Positions 1-9,942 of a DNA stretch of 64,000 nucleotides are shown piece by piece; position 1 is the first letter of the stretch, and every line of letters starts with the position of its first letter. The stretch is from Alphaproteobacteria bacterium (GTDB taxonomy: Bacteria; Pseudomonadota; Alphaproteobacteria; CAAHEQ01; UBA3637). The DNA is taken from NCBI GenBank assembly GCA_017539265.1, contig JAFYHG010000018.1, positions 8,779 to 72,778 of the forward strand, in the 5' to 3' direction. The notes below the pieces were generated by a model that was given only the letters and a program-made list of their open reading frames with translations, ran no database searches and was not told the origin of the DNA. A program made the position numbers and the translations under genes.

Positions 1-2417
1 GTAATGGCATCACTATAAGCAACACAGGTGTAGCTATTACCGGTAATACAACCGTTGACGGAAATGAAGTATTAACCACCGCCAGCACTTTAGACGGCTC
101 AAAATTGGCAGACGCTTCTGTTGCTAAGAGTGCCTTGGAAACAAGTGTTCAAAACTCCTTGACCTTGGCTGATACCGCGGTGCAAAACATTACGACCGGT
201 ACCACAAATGGAACTATTTCGGTGGACGGATCAGATGTTGCCGTTTATGGATTAGGTTCTGCAGCTTTTGCTAACACAACCGATTTTGATGCGGCCGGCG
301 CCGCTGCTACGGCATTATCAGATGCCAAGGCTTACACGGATACCAAAGTAGCAGCCGAGACAGATCGTGCAAAAGGCGTTGAAGGTAACTTATCCGACTT
401 ATCAACAACGGATAAAACCACTCTGGTTGCTGCCATTAATGAAAATGTAACAGCAATTGCAACTGAAACAGCTCGTGCAACCGCTGTTGAAGAGGGCTTG
501 GATACACGTTTAACAACGGCTGAAGGAACAATCAGTTCTCATACTTCTTCCATTGCTGCAAATGCTTCTGCAATTGCGGCTGAGACAACTCGTGCAACCG
601 GTGTTGAAGCAGGTTTAAATACACGTTTGACAACGGCTGAAAGTAATATCAGTACAAATGCTTCTGCAATTGCTGCTGAAACAGCTCGTGCAACCGGTGT
701 TGAAGAAGGCCTAGATACACGTTTAACAACGGCTGAAGGAACGATCAGTTCTCATACAACTTCCATTGCCGCAAATGCTTCTGCAATTGCAGCTGAGGTA
801 GCTCGTGCAACCGGTGTTGAAAACGGCTTGAATACACGCTTAACATCGGCTGAAGGAACGATCAGTTCTCATACAACTTCCATTGCCGCAAATGCTTCTG
901 CAATTGCTGCTGAAACAGCTCGTGCAACCGGTGTTGAAGAAGGCTTGAATACACGCTTAACATCAGCTGAAGGAACAATCAGTTCTCATACGACTTCCAT
1001 TGCCGCAAATGCTTCTGCAATTGCTGCTGAAACAGCTCGTGCAACCGGTGTTGAAGAAGGCTTAGATACACGTTTAACAACGGCTGAAGGAACGATTAGT
1101 TCTCATACAACTTCCATTGCCGCAAATGCTTCTGCAATTGCTGCTGAAACAGAACGTGCAACTGGTGTTGAAGACGGCTTAAATACACGCTTAACATCGG
1201 CTGAAGGAACGATCAGTTCTCATACCACATCTATCGCTGCAAATGCTTCCGCAATTGCTGCTGAAACAGCCCGCGCAACCGGTGTTGAAGATGGCTTAAA
1301 TACACGCTTAACATCAGCTGAAGGAACAATCAGTTCTCAAGCAACTTCTATCGCTGCAAACGCTTCCGCAATTGCTGCTGAAACAGAACGCGCAACTGGT
1401 GTTGAAGACGGCTTGAATACACGCTTAACATCGGCTGAAGGAACAATTAGTTCCCACACATCTGCCATCGCTGCAAATGCTACGGCGATATCGGATGAGA
1501 CAGCCCGCGCAACTGGTGTTGAAGACGGCTTAAATACACGCTTGACAACGGCTGAAGGTAATATCAGTACAAATGCCACAGCAATTGCAACCGAGACAAC
1601 CCGTGCAACCGGCGTTGAAGAAGGCTTGAATACACGTTTGACGACGGCTGAAGGAACGATTAGTTCTCATACGACTTCTATCGCTGCAAATACTAGCGCA
1701 ATTGACGTCTTAAATGGAGAAGGTGAAGGCTCTGTAAAAAAGGCTTTGGCTGATGCAAAAGGTTATACAGACACCCGTGAAGAAGCGATTACCAACGCTT
1801 ACAGTGCTGCTATCGATACAGCAACTCTGATGGATGAAACCGGATATAACTTTGGTAACGGAGAAGGCGTTGTTTCGGCCGTAAAATCCATAGATAAGAA
1901 GGTTGGCGATATGGCCGCAATCGGTAATCGGGAAGGTTCTCACCTATCCCCAGCAAGCAATACCGCTGCTTTAACGGATGATTCAATTGCCGGCAATTTG
2001 GATTCTTTGGATGCCGCGGTTGTTGCAAACGATCAAGCCATTTTGGAAATACAAAATGCTTTGGGTGACCAAAGTCAGTTTGGCAAGAGCCGTTATCTGG
2101 ATAACACGATGACAAGTGCCGATGCGATGATGAGCTTGGATCGCAACTTGAACAAACTCGACAGACGCGTCCATCAAATGGAAAAAGAAATGAAGGGCGG
2201 ATTTGCTTCCGTGGCGGCATTGTCTGCCTTGGCTCCGAATGCCCGCGCTTCCGGCAACACTCAAATTGCCCTCGGTGCAGGTCTCTATCGCGATCATCAA
2301 GGTCTGGCCATCGGTGCCTATCATTACTTCAATGATAATATCCTGGCTAATATCGGTGGTGCTTACGGCGGTGATAAGAGTGCCATGCTCCGTGCGGGTG
2401 TTACATTCGGTTGGTAA
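1..2417 (+). CDS. Trimeric autotransporter adhesin (YadA-like), 5' end outside window
   Basis: The frame is open from base 3 with no stop upstream. The Thr/Ala/Asn-rich head and stalk is repetitive. The C-terminus (...GAYHYFNDNILANIGGAYGG...GVTFGW) resembles a YadA-type membrane anchor and the C-terminus of the second TAA at 49235-52726. Confidence 0.85.
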   Translation, partial: NGITISNTGVAITGNTTVDGNEVLTTASTLDGSKLADASVAKSALETSVQNSLTLADTAVQNITTGTTNGTISVDGSDVAVYGLGSAAFANTTDFDAAGAAATALSDAKAYTDTKVAAETDRAKGVEGNLSDLSTTDKTTLVAAINENVTAIATETARATAVEEGLDTRLTTAEGTISSHTSSIAANASAIAAETTRATGVEAGLNTRLTTAESNISTNASAIAAETARATGVEEGLDTRLTTAEGTISSHTTSIAANASAIAAEVARATGVENGLNTRLTSAEGTISSHTTSIAANASAIAAETARATGVEEGLNTRLTSAEGTISSHTTSIAANASAIAAETARATGVEEGLDTRLTTAEGTISSHTTSIAANASAIAAETERATGVEDGLNTRLTSAEGTISSHTTSIAANASAIAAETARATGVEDGLNTRLTSAEGTISSQATSIAANASAIAAETERATGVEDGLNTRLTSAEGTISSHTSAIAANATAISDETARATGVEDGLNTRLTTAEGNISTNATAIATETTRATGVEEGLNTRLTTAEGTISSHTTSIAANTSAIDVLNGEGEGSVKKALADAKGYTDTREEAITNAYSAAIDTATLMDETGYNFGNGEGVVSAVKSIDKKVGDMAAIGNREGSHLSPASNTAALTDDSIAGNLDSLDAAVVANDQAILEIQNALGDQSQFGKSRYLDNTMTSADAMMSLDRNLNKLDRRVHQMEKEMKGGFASVAALSALAPNARASGNTQIALGAGLYRDHQGLAIGAYHYFNDNILANIGGAYGGDKSAMLRAGVTFGW
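460..1700 (+). repeat. About 10 tandem 120-bp (40-aa) near-identical repeats inside the TAA stalk
   Basis: The unit TARATGVEEGL(D/N)TRLT(T/S)AEGTISSHTTSIAANASAIAAE recurs in the translation. The DNA periodicity is visible directly. Confidence 0.8.
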
Positions 2418-2435
2418 GCCGGTATTTCCCCTAAA

Positions 2436-2465
2436 AATCCCTGCCTTTTGGCGGGGATTTTTATA
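2436..2465 (+). terminator. Rho-independent terminator after TAA gene
   Basis: A 9-bp stem (AATCCCTGCC ... GGCGGGGATT) with a TTTT loop is followed by a T-run. Confidence 0.6.
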
Positions 2466-2490
2466 TTCCGCCAGGAAATTTCCGGCAGGG

Positions 2491-2519
2491 TTGATTTTAA
2501 AAATATCTTGTGATATAAC
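2491..2519 (+). promoter_or_regulatory. Sigma70-like promoter (TTGATT-17-TATAAC)
   Basis: The hexamers and 17-bp spacing are read directly from the sequence. They lie 17 bp upstream of the 2536 start. Confidence 0.4.
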
Positions 2520-2535
2520 AGGAACAAAGGTTATC

Positions 2536-3426
2536 ATGATGACATATATAATTGCTTTTTTATCACCGCTGTTTTATGCACTATCGGTTATTATCGAAAG
2601 CTTTTTATCACTGGCTGTTTTCAAAAAGCCGATTGTGATGTTGTTTTTCGTATCCCTGACAAACGCTTTATTTGTCCCTTTGGTTTTGTGCTTGGGGACC
2701 CCCACCCTCCCCGACGGATACAGTTGGCTGATTTATTGCCTTATTGCCTGCATTGATATTTGCTATTTGTACCCCTATTATAAGGCCCTCAAAAAGACAG
2801 ATACTTCCATCGTTTCTTCTCTTTTTGCCTTGGGGAAGATTTTTGTACCGATACTGGCGTTTATCCTGCTTCAAGATAAACTGGAAACCCGTCAATATAT
2901 CGGCTTTGTCATTATTATTTTGGCTTCTGCCTTTTTAAACAAAAAATCTCAAGATAAATTTCGTCTAAATCAAGCCTTTTATTTAATGTTTTTATCCAGT
3001 TTTTTGCTGGCCCTACGCATTTGTATCGTCAAATATGTATTATGGCGGGATAATAATTACATCAATGTCCTCATTTATCCAAATTTGATTTCAGGTTTAA
3101 TCCCGTTCACATTTTTGGTATTAAAACAAAATCGACGTGAAATCAGCCGACGTATAGCCTCTTATCGCCGCCGTTTTAAGTTTTTTGTCGTCATTGAATT
3201 TTTAACCTTCTTGGCGGTATCTTGCTCTACCATCGCCTTATCGAAATTATCACCGGTGATATCCACCGCCATCGAGGCAACCGAGCCTTTATTTGTCCTT
3301 TCTCTGGCCATGATTGTCAACGCCACCCGAATATATCATTTTCGGGAAAATACCGGCCTTTTCAAAAAAATCTGTTGTTTTATCTTGATCATTCTGGGGA
3401 TTGTATTAACCTGTTCTGAGTATTAA
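2536..3426 (+). CDS. DMT/EamA-family membrane transporter
   Basis: It has multiple TM helices and an EamA-like segment (SLFALGKIFVPILAFILLQDKLE). The start is moved to ATG 2536 because the 2203 start overlaps the TAA gene. Confidence 0.55.
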   Translation: MMTYIIAFLSPLFYALSVIIESFLSLAVFKKPIVMLFFVSLTNALFVPLVLCLGTPTLPDGYSWLIYCLIACIDICYLYPYYKALKKTDTSIVSSLFALGKIFVPILAFILLQDKLETRQYIGFVIIILASAFLNKKSQDKFRLNQAFYLMFLSSFLLALRICIVKYVLWRDNNYINVLIYPNLISGLIPFTFLVLKQNRREISRRIASYRRRFKFFVVIEFLTFLAVSCSTIALSKLSPVISTAIEATEPLFVLSLAMIVNATRIYHFRENTGLFKKICCFILIILGIVLTCSEY

Positions 3427-3441
3427 AATAAGGAGAAAAAT

Positions 3442-4209
3442 ATGTGTTACAAACCGACAAGCATTTTTATCACCGGCGCCTCCAGCGGCATCGGCAGAGC
3501 ATTAGCATTAAAGTATGCCGATGAAGGAATAACTTTATTTCTCTGTGGCCGCAATAAAGAACGCTTGGATAAAGTTGCGGATTTATGCCGCCAACAAAAA
3601 GCCGACGTCCATACCTTTTTGTTTGACGTTCGGGATGAAAGAGAAACCGCGAACGCCATCACTCAAGCCGATGAAATTAAGCCAATTGAACTTTTAATTG
3701 CCAACGCCGGCGTTTCCGCAGGTGTCTTAGGCATGGATGAAACACCGGTTTCCAGTCGCGCCATTTTTGAAACAAACATTTTTGGTGTTATCAATACGGT
3801 TTTGCCAACGGCTGAAAAAATGAAATCCCGCAAAAAAGGTCAAATCGCGATTATCAGTTCTCTTTCCGGCTATCGCGGTATGTCCAGTTGCCCCGCTTAT
3901 TCCGCGTCCAAGGCCTGTGTCAAAGCCTGGGGCGAAGCCCTATGGGGCACATTAAAACCTCACGGCATTTACGTTACAACAATTTGCCCCGGTTTTATTG
4001 AAACACCGCTGACGGATAAGAATCAATTCAAAATGCCTTTTTTAATGAAAGTTGATAAAGCCGCCAACATTATCGTAAAACGCCTTCAAAGACATCCACC
4101 CGTTATTGCTTTTCCCTGGATTATGGCTTTTGGTGCCTGGTTGGGCGGTATGTTGCCGGCCCGACTCATCTTACCTATTTTAGGGCGATTGCCGAAAAAA
4201 GAAAAATAA
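3442..4209 (+). CDS. Short-chain dehydrogenase/reductase (SDR)
   Basis: It has the N-terminal TGASSGIGRALA Rossmann motif and a YxxxK region (YSASK). Confidence 0.8.
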   Translation: MCYKPTSIFITGASSGIGRALALKYADEGITLFLCGRNKERLDKVADLCRQQKADVHTFLFDVRDERETANAITQADEIKPIELLIANAGVSAGVLGMDETPVSSRAIFETNIFGVINTVLPTAEKMKSRKKGQIAIISSLSGYRGMSSCPAYSASKACVKAWGEALWGTLKPHGIYVTTICPGFIETPLTDKNQFKMPFLMKVDKAANIIVKRLQRHPPVIAFPWIMAFGAWLGGMLPARLILPILGRLPKKEK

Positions 4210-4210
4210 C

Positions 4211-4239
4211 TTGCGAAAAAGTTGCTTTTCTGGTATAAC
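4211..4239 (+). promoter_or_regulatory. Sigma70-like promoter TTGCGA-17-TATAAC
   Basis: It is read directly upstream of the 4273 start. Confidence 0.4.
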
Positions 4240-4272
4240 AGGGAAAAATTGAATTAAGAAAGGACAGATTTT

Positions 4273-4977
4273 ATGGCAGAAAATAAAAAAACAACCTCTG
4301 ATAAGGCCGATGAATTGGCTCAAATCCAAGAACGTATTTTTGAACGCGAAGTTGATGAAGAATTGCGTCAGGAACGCTTGGCTAATTTTTGGAAGAAGTA
4401 TCGTTTTTTAATCATCGGCGGTGCCATCGGTATTATTTTGGCCACCATCGCGGGTGAATGGTACGGATCGTGGCAGGATAAAATCCGCGCTTCCGAATCG
4501 GATCGTTTGGAAAAGGCGCTTATTTCGGCCGCCAAAGGAGATGATAAACCCGCGTTATCCCAATTAAAACAACTGGCCAAAGACGGTAAAACAGGCTATC
4601 GCTACATCGCAAAATTAGAAGAAGCCGGCCTTTTGTTCCAAAAAAAGAAAGATGATAAAGCCCTTACCATTCTCTTTGAACTATCTCAAGATACCAAGGC
4701 TCCTCAACCGCTTCGCGATTTGGCTTTGGTTTCCTATATCGGCCATGTACTGGATACAAGCAATACAGAAGAATTAAAGCAAATGATATCCCCATTGGCT
4801 CAAAATGAAAAAAGCGCTTTCTACGGTCAAGCCGTTGAGCTAATGGCATGGTTGCATTTGATTTCCGGTGAAAAAGCTGAGGCTCAAAAATTAGTTGAGC
4901 AAGCCACCGCTTCCGGAAATCTGGCCCCGCAATTAAAGGAAAGATTGACATTGTTATTGGAGCAAAAAGCACAATGA
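4273..4977 (+). CDS. YfgM-like membrane-anchored TPR-like protein
   Basis: It has an N-terminal TM anchor followed by a helical domain. Its position directly upstream of bamB and der matches the conserved yfgM-bamB-der order. Confidence 0.5.
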   Translation: MAENKKTTSDKADELAQIQERIFEREVDEELRQERLANFWKKYRFLIIGGAIGIILATIAGEWYGSWQDKIRASESDRLEKALISAAKGDDKPALSQLKQLAKDGKTGYRYIAKLEEAGLLFQKKKDDKALTILFELSQDTKAPQPLRDLALVSYIGHVLDTSNTEELKQMISPLAQNEKSAFYGQAVELMAWLHLISGEKAEAQKLVEQATASGNLAPQLKERLTLLLEQKAQ

Positions 4978-6245
4978 AAAAAATTCTGATTTTATGCATG
5001 GCTGCTCTTTTGGTAACCGCCTGCGCGGATAATGGTCCGGTGGCTCCAAAAGAAGGTCGCCAAAGCGTGGGAACCGTTTTGGAAGAACCGGCTAAATCCA
5101 AAAATACCGTTAAACCGGAACAGGCCCAATCGGTTAAAACATGGGCGTTTTCCTATAAAACCGCCGCAAATAATCGACCGCATGCCAAGGTTTCGGGCGA
5201 AAAGAAATTAACTCATACCGTTTCTGTCGGTAAAGGGATCAATGACAACTATCAAACACTTGCGGGCCCTGTCGTTTCGGGCGATACCGTTTACACATTG
5301 GACAGCCACTTTAATCTTCAGGCCACCGATTTAAAAACCGCCAAAGCTTTGTGGCGCAAACCGCTTGCAACCATCACAGGCACAACGGCCAAAAGTATCG
5401 GACTTGCCGTTTATCATAAAAAACTTTATGCCGTGGCCGGAAACGGTTTAATCATTGCGATGGACTTATCGGGAAATTCCCTCTGGACACGGGAATTAAA
5501 GGCTCCGCTGCGCTCAACTCCGATTTTGGATAATAATCGGCTGTTTGTTTCGTCCATTCATAATGAACTGTTTGCCTTAAACGCCGATAACGGTAAAGAT
5601 TTATGGAAATATACCGGTGATAGAGCCGTTACCAATTTCTTCGGTATGGGCGCTCCTGCCGTTCAAGGAAACATTGTCATTATGCCGACAACAGGCGGGC
5701 GCGTTGTTGCTCTTGAAGCTTCATCTGGAATGTTGCTCTGGACAGAGGACATGTGGACACAAAAAACCTATAATCCGATTTTGGATATTCCGCACATGAC
5801 AGCTGCCCCCGTCATTGAAGGGAGCAATGTTTATCTGGTCGGTAACGCCGGCAAAACAGGTCTCTATCGTTTATCAAGCGGCATTCCCGTCTATACTATC
5901 GGGATCGGCGGGCGGGAAACACCGGCCCTTTCCGGCAACACGCTTTATGTCGTTACCAATCAAAAAGACCTGATGGCATTGGATAAAACCCAAGGTAAAC
6001 TCTTCTGGAAGACAGCTTTAACGGCGCTTAAAGATCGTGATAACGAGGCCGTTTGGTTTGGCCCCGTACTTGTAAACAATGCTATTATCGTTGTATCCAG
6101 CCTGGGTGACATTGTGTTTTATAACGCCAAAACCGGCCAAGAAATGCGCCACGAAAAGCAAGATGAATTGGTCGGCGCTCCGATCGTAGTCGGTGAAACA
6201 CTGTTATTCTTAACAACCGACGGGAATTTGCTGTTCTATCAATAA
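4974..6245 (+). CDS. bamB: Outer membrane protein assembly factor BamB (PQQ beta-propeller lipoprotein)
   Basis: It has a lipoprotein signal (LLVTAC) and PQQ-like repeats. It lies upstream of der. Confidence 0.75.
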   Translation: MKKILILCMAALLVTACADNGPVAPKEGRQSVGTVLEEPAKSKNTVKPEQAQSVKTWAFSYKTAANNRPHAKVSGEKKLTHTVSVGKGINDNYQTLAGPVVSGDTVYTLDSHFNLQATDLKTAKALWRKPLATITGTTAKSIGLAVYHKKLYAVAGNGLIIAMDLSGNSLWTRELKAPLRSTPILDNNRLFVSSIHNELFALNADNGKDLWKYTGDRAVTNFFGMGAPAVQGNIVIMPTTGGRVVALEASSGMLLWTEDMWTQKTYNPILDIPHMTAAPVIEGSNVYLVGNAGKTGLYRLSSGIPVYTIGIGGRETPALSGNTLYVVTNQKDLMALDKTQGKLFWKTALTALKDRDNEAVWFGPVLVNNAIIVVSSLGDIVFYNAKTGQEMRHEKQDELVGAPIVVGETLLFLTTDGNLLFYQ

Positions 6246-6255
6246 AGGAAAGACC

Positions 6256-7602
6256 ATGAAATCAGTTGCCATTGTCGGCCGTACCAATGTTGGAAAATCC
6301 ACGCTGTTTAATCGGCTGTGCGGGCGGCGTTTGGCTATTGTTCATGATCGGGCGGGGGTAACCCGCGACCGCAAAGAAGGGGACGCCACAATTAAAGACA
6401 TCTCTTTTCGGGTAATCGACACCGCGGGGTTAGAGGAAACAACTTCCCTTGCTGCCGCCATGTGGGATCAAACGGAAATCGCGATTCAAGAGGCTGATAT
6501 TATCCTTATGCTTGTGGATGCCAGATCCGAAGTAACACGACTCGACACGCGTTTGGCCGGTCTTCTTCGGCGACAAAAGAAGCCAGTCTTTTTAATTGCC
6601 AATAAATGTGAAGGGCGTTCCCAAGAACAACTGCTCGGTGAATTTTATCGTTTAGGTCTCGGTGATCCGCTTCCCTTCTCTGCCGAACACGCCTTGGGCA
6701 TGGATAAATTATATGCGCTTTTAAAACCGCTCTGCCCCAAGGAAGCTGAACCCCAAGAAGAAGCCGACAGACCTCTAAAATTGGCTATTGTCGGTCGCCC
6801 CAATGTCGGAAAATCCACGTTAATCAATAAACTCTTAAAAAAAGAACGCCTCTTAACCGGCCCCGAGGCCGGTGTCACGCGTGATGCGATTACCCTCCCC
6901 TGGCAATGGAAAGGGAATAATATTCTGCTTACCGACACGGCGGGCTTACGCAAACACGGTAAAGTTTCGGATGATTTGGAAAAAATATCTGCCGCCGATA
7001 CCCGTAATCAAATCGATTTCGCCGAGGTTGTCATTTTGGTTTTGGATGCCAATCAGCCGATGGAACGTCAAGATTTAATGATCGCCAGTCGTGTTCTGGA
7101 AGAAGGTCGGTGTTTGGTTATTGCCCTGAATAAGTGGGATACGATACAAAATCCGAAAGCTGTTTTAAACGAACTCAAATATAAAATGGAAGAATCCCTG
7201 CAACAAGTCAAAGGTCTTCCCATCGTTACCGTATCGGCTAAAACAGGTTTCGGCCTTAATCCGATGATGACGGCTGTTTTCCAGGTCTATAAACTTTGGA
7301 ATAAACGTGTCGCTACGCATAAGATGAATGACTTTTTAAAACAGATGACAGAGGCTCATCCCACTCCCGTTGCCCGCAACGGTCGGCGGATTCCCATGAA
7401 GTATATGACGCAAGTCAGCATTCGTCCCCCCACCTTTGTTATTTTTTCCAGTAATCCCGACCAACTGCCGAATTCATATTTGCGGTATTTGTCCAACGGC
7501 ATTCGGGAACGTTTCGGGCTCAAGGGTGTTCCCATTCGTATTCATATGCGTAAACGCGAAAACCCGTATGCGGATAAGAATAAATCCAAGAAGAAAAATT
7601 AA
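6256..7602 (+). CDS. der: GTPase Der (EngA), double GTP-binding domain
   Basis: It has two G1 motifs (GRTNVGKST and GRPNVGKST) and a KH-like C-terminus. Confidence 0.9.
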   Translation: MKSVAIVGRTNVGKSTLFNRLCGRRLAIVHDRAGVTRDRKEGDATIKDISFRVIDTAGLEETTSLAAAMWDQTEIAIQEADIILMLVDARSEVTRLDTRLAGLLRRQKKPVFLIANKCEGRSQEQLLGEFYRLGLGDPLPFSAEHALGMDKLYALLKPLCPKEAEPQEEADRPLKLAIVGRPNVGKSTLINKLLKKERLLTGPEAGVTRDAITLPWQWKGNNILLTDTAGLRKHGKVSDDLEKISAADTRNQIDFAEVVILVLDANQPMERQDLMIASRVLEEGRCLVIALNKWDTIQNPKAVLNELKYKMEESLQQVKGLPIVTVSAKTGFGLNPMMTAVFQVYKLWNKRVATHKMNDFLKQMTEAHPTPVARNGRRIPMKYMTQVSIRPPTFVIFSSNPDQLPNSYLRYLSNGIRERFGLKGVPIRIHMRKRENPYADKNKSKKKN

Positions 7603-8288
7603 TCCCCTAAATCCATCGCATAGCCGGCCGATCTGACCGTACGGATCAGGTCCGGTTCTCCCCCGGCATTTAAGGCATTTCTTAAACGTCTGATATGCAC
7701 GTCAACCGTTCTGGCTTCTACATAAATAGACCCGCCCCATACCGATTTTAAAAGGACTTCTCGGGATAAAACATCCCCCGGTTTTTCCATCAAAAACTGC
7801 AGCAATCTGAATTCGGTCGGTCCCAAATGAACTTCCCGACCGTCACGGGTTACACGATGTTTGGCATAATCGATTGTCATATCGCGGAAAGTGTGAATTT
7901 TATCCGGTACGGCCACCGGTTTTGCCCGCCGCAACAGTGCCGCCACCCGTGCCATTAATTCCGGAACAGAAAAAGGCTTCGTCACATAATCGTCCGCCCC
8001 GAAAGACAGGCCTTTCACTTTATCGGCTTCATCCCCACGCGCCGTCAACATAATAATTGGCGTTTGCCGCAAATCATAGGTTTTACGCATTTCCCGACAC
8101 AAATCTATTCCCGCCACATTCGGCAACATCCAATCCAATAAAATTAAGTCCGGTTTTTCCGTCAAAGCCACTTGCAATACTTCATGCCCGTCCATAACGG
8201 TAGCCGTTTCATATCCCTGCTTTTCCAGGTTGTATTTCAGCAAAGTAACCAAACCGGCTTCATCTTCCACAATTAAAACTTTTGTCAT
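7599..8288 (-). CDS. phoB: OmpR/PhoB-family response regulator
   Basis: It has a receiver domain plus a winged-helix domain. It aligns closely to E. coli PhoB (LILLDWMLP, TVDVHIRRLR). Confidence 0.7.
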   Translation of the reverse strand: MTKVLIVEDEAGLVTLLKYNLEKQGYETATVMDGHEVLQVALTEKPDLILLDWMLPNVAGIDLCREMRKTYDLRQTPIIMLTARGDEADKVKGLSFGADDYVTKPFSVPELMARVAALLRRAKPVAVPDKIHTFRDMTIDYAKHRVTRDGREVHLGPTEFRLLQFLMEKPGDVLSREVLLKSVWGGSIYVEARTVDVHIRRLRNALNAGGEPDLIRTVRSAGYAMDLGD

Positions 8289-8970
8289 TTTTTCAACCTT
8301 TCAATTGCTTTTTTATAATCCGAACTTTCACAGATATAACTGCCCGCGACCAAGACATCCGCTCCCGCCAATCGACACGCCGGCGCCGTGATATCATTCA
8401 CACCGCCATCCACCGAAATTTGAACGGGCTTATGCCCGATCAAATCCCGTAAATCGGCAATTTTTTTAAGGGCCTCTTTTTGAAAAGTTTGCCCACCGAA
8501 GCCGGGTTCCACTGACATCACAAGGACTAAATCAATCATCGGAATAAACGGCAAAATTTTATTGATATTCGTTTTTGGTTTTAATGAAAGCCCTACCTTA
8601 CATCCGTTCTTTCTGATGCGGGAAATCATATCGGGAATTTTATCTTTTGCCTCTATATGCACGGTAATCAGGTTTGATCCCGCCGCTGCAAATGCATCTA
8701 TGAATTTCAAGGGCGCTCTATCATCAAATGCGTATCAAAAGGCAGCTTCGTTACCGGCCGCAACTTTTGCACCACATCCGGTCCAAAGGATAAATTCGGC
8801 ACAAAATGTCCGTCCATAATATCCCAGTGTATCCAATCACTCCCCGCTTTTTCAAGGGTCTTGACTTCATCCCCCAAACGCGCCATATCGGCAGACAGCA
8901 AACTTGATGCAACTTTGACCATGCCCGACTCCTTTTGGGTTAGTATAGCCCAAAAATTCCCCGATTGCAA
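8285..8970 (-). pseudogene. rpe: Ribulose-phosphate 3-epimerase, frameshifted
   Basis: Two adjacent ORFs carry the N-terminal (..[19 protein letters not shown]) and C-terminal (KFIDAFAAAG..HIEA..) Rpe halves in different frames. They join at a C-run near 8707-8712. Confidence 0.7.
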
Positions 8971-8973
8971 AGA

Positions 8974-9486
8974 TTATTTTTTAAGCATTTCAAACGCGCG
9001 TTCCAATAAAAGGGTTGCCGCATGGGCATCCAACACTTTTTTGCGTTTATCGGGCCGCATAAACAGGTCGTCTTTTAAATAAGATTCGGCTTTTACGGAA
9101 GTATATCTTTCATCTACCCACAAAATCGGCAAATTGAACTTCTCCTTTAATCTGTTTGCAAACAATCGCGCCTGATGTGCGGTTTCGCCCTCCTGTCCGT
9201 CGGTCTGTAGCGGTAGCCCTATCACAAAACCCACCACATTTTTTGCCGGCACAATATCATCCAATTCTTTTATTTTCGAAATAATTTTAAAGGGTGTTGC
9301 ATGTTCCCACTTCGCGTCGGATAAGGCAAGTCCGATCCGCACGGAGCCGTAATCAATCCCCAACAGGTTCCCCCTCGTGGGCAACGCTTTTTTAAAATTG
9401 TCCGCGGAAAGTTCTTGTCTTTCGTTTTGAAATAGGTTATTATTTATCATCAGGTTTATTTTACAGGAAAGGAGCCCTAAATGCAA
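8974..9486 (-). CDS. ruvX: Holliday junction resolvase-like RuvX/YqgF
   Basis: It has the LLGIDYGSVRIGLALSD RNase H-like motif. Confidence 0.8.
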   Translation of the reverse strand: MHLGLLSCKINLMINNNLFQNERQELSADNFKKALPTRGNLLGIDYGSVRIGLALSDAKWEHATPFKIISKIKELDDIVPAKNVVGFVIGLPLQTDGQEGETAHQARLFANRLKEKFNLPILWVDERYTSVKAESYLKDDLFMRPDKRKKVLDAHAATLLLERAFEMLKK

Positions 9487-9942
9487 GGAAAAAGAATTTT
9501 AATTGCCTCTGACCATGCGGGATACCGGATGAAAGAGTATCTGGATTCCTGGCTGCGCGGTCAAGGTTATGTCGTTATAGACGTAGGGCCCTCTGATGAA
9601 ACACCGGTAGACTATCCCGATAAGGCCTATCTGGTTGCACAAGGGCTCTATGATCGTGAAGCGGATTTAGGGATTCTTATTTGCGGCACCGGTATCGGGA
9701 TGAGCATTGCCGTCAATAAATACAATCACATTCGCGGGGCACTGGTTTTCACACCCGAAATGGCTGCCCTGGCGCGCAGTCACAATAATGCAAATGTCCT
9801 CATTTTAGGTGGCCGCACCACATCACTTGAAACAGCCGTCAAATGCACGGAAACTTTCTTAAACACGCCTTTCGAAGGCGGCGGACGGCACGAACGCCGA
9901 GTTTTAAAAACAGGGAGAATGAATCATGACTTTGAAAAATAA
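9481..9942 (+). CDS. rpiB: Ribose-5-phosphate isomerase B
   Basis: It has the RpiB/LacAB-family signature ([16 protein letters not shown]). Confidence 0.85.
   Translation: MQGKRILIASDHAGYRMKEYLDSWLRGQGYVVIDVGPSDETPVDYPDKAYLVAQGLYDREADLGILICGTGIGMSIAVNKYNHIRGALVFTPEMAALARSHNNANVLILGGRTTSLETAVKCTETFLNTPFEGGGRHERRVLKTGRMNHDFEK

Noticed and set aside
460-1700. Regularly spaced 120-bp repeats that superficially resemble a repeat-spacer array.
   Set aside because: The repeats are contiguous with no unique spacers and lie in-frame within the adhesin ORF. This is not a CRISPR array.
1337-2537. Minus-strand ORFs (1337-1579, 1710-1943, 1810-2220, 1983-2537) and the plus-strand ORF start at 2203 overlapping the TAA 3' end.
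   Set aside because: They are artefacts of the repetitive, low-stop-codon adhesin sequence. The DMT transporter is better started at ATG 2536 after the terminator and promoter.
3222-3419. Small ORFs nested in or antisense to larger genes throughout (for example 3222-3419, 4368-4580, 6645-6953, 10798-11190).
   Set aside because: They overlap strongly supported genes and have no independent signals.
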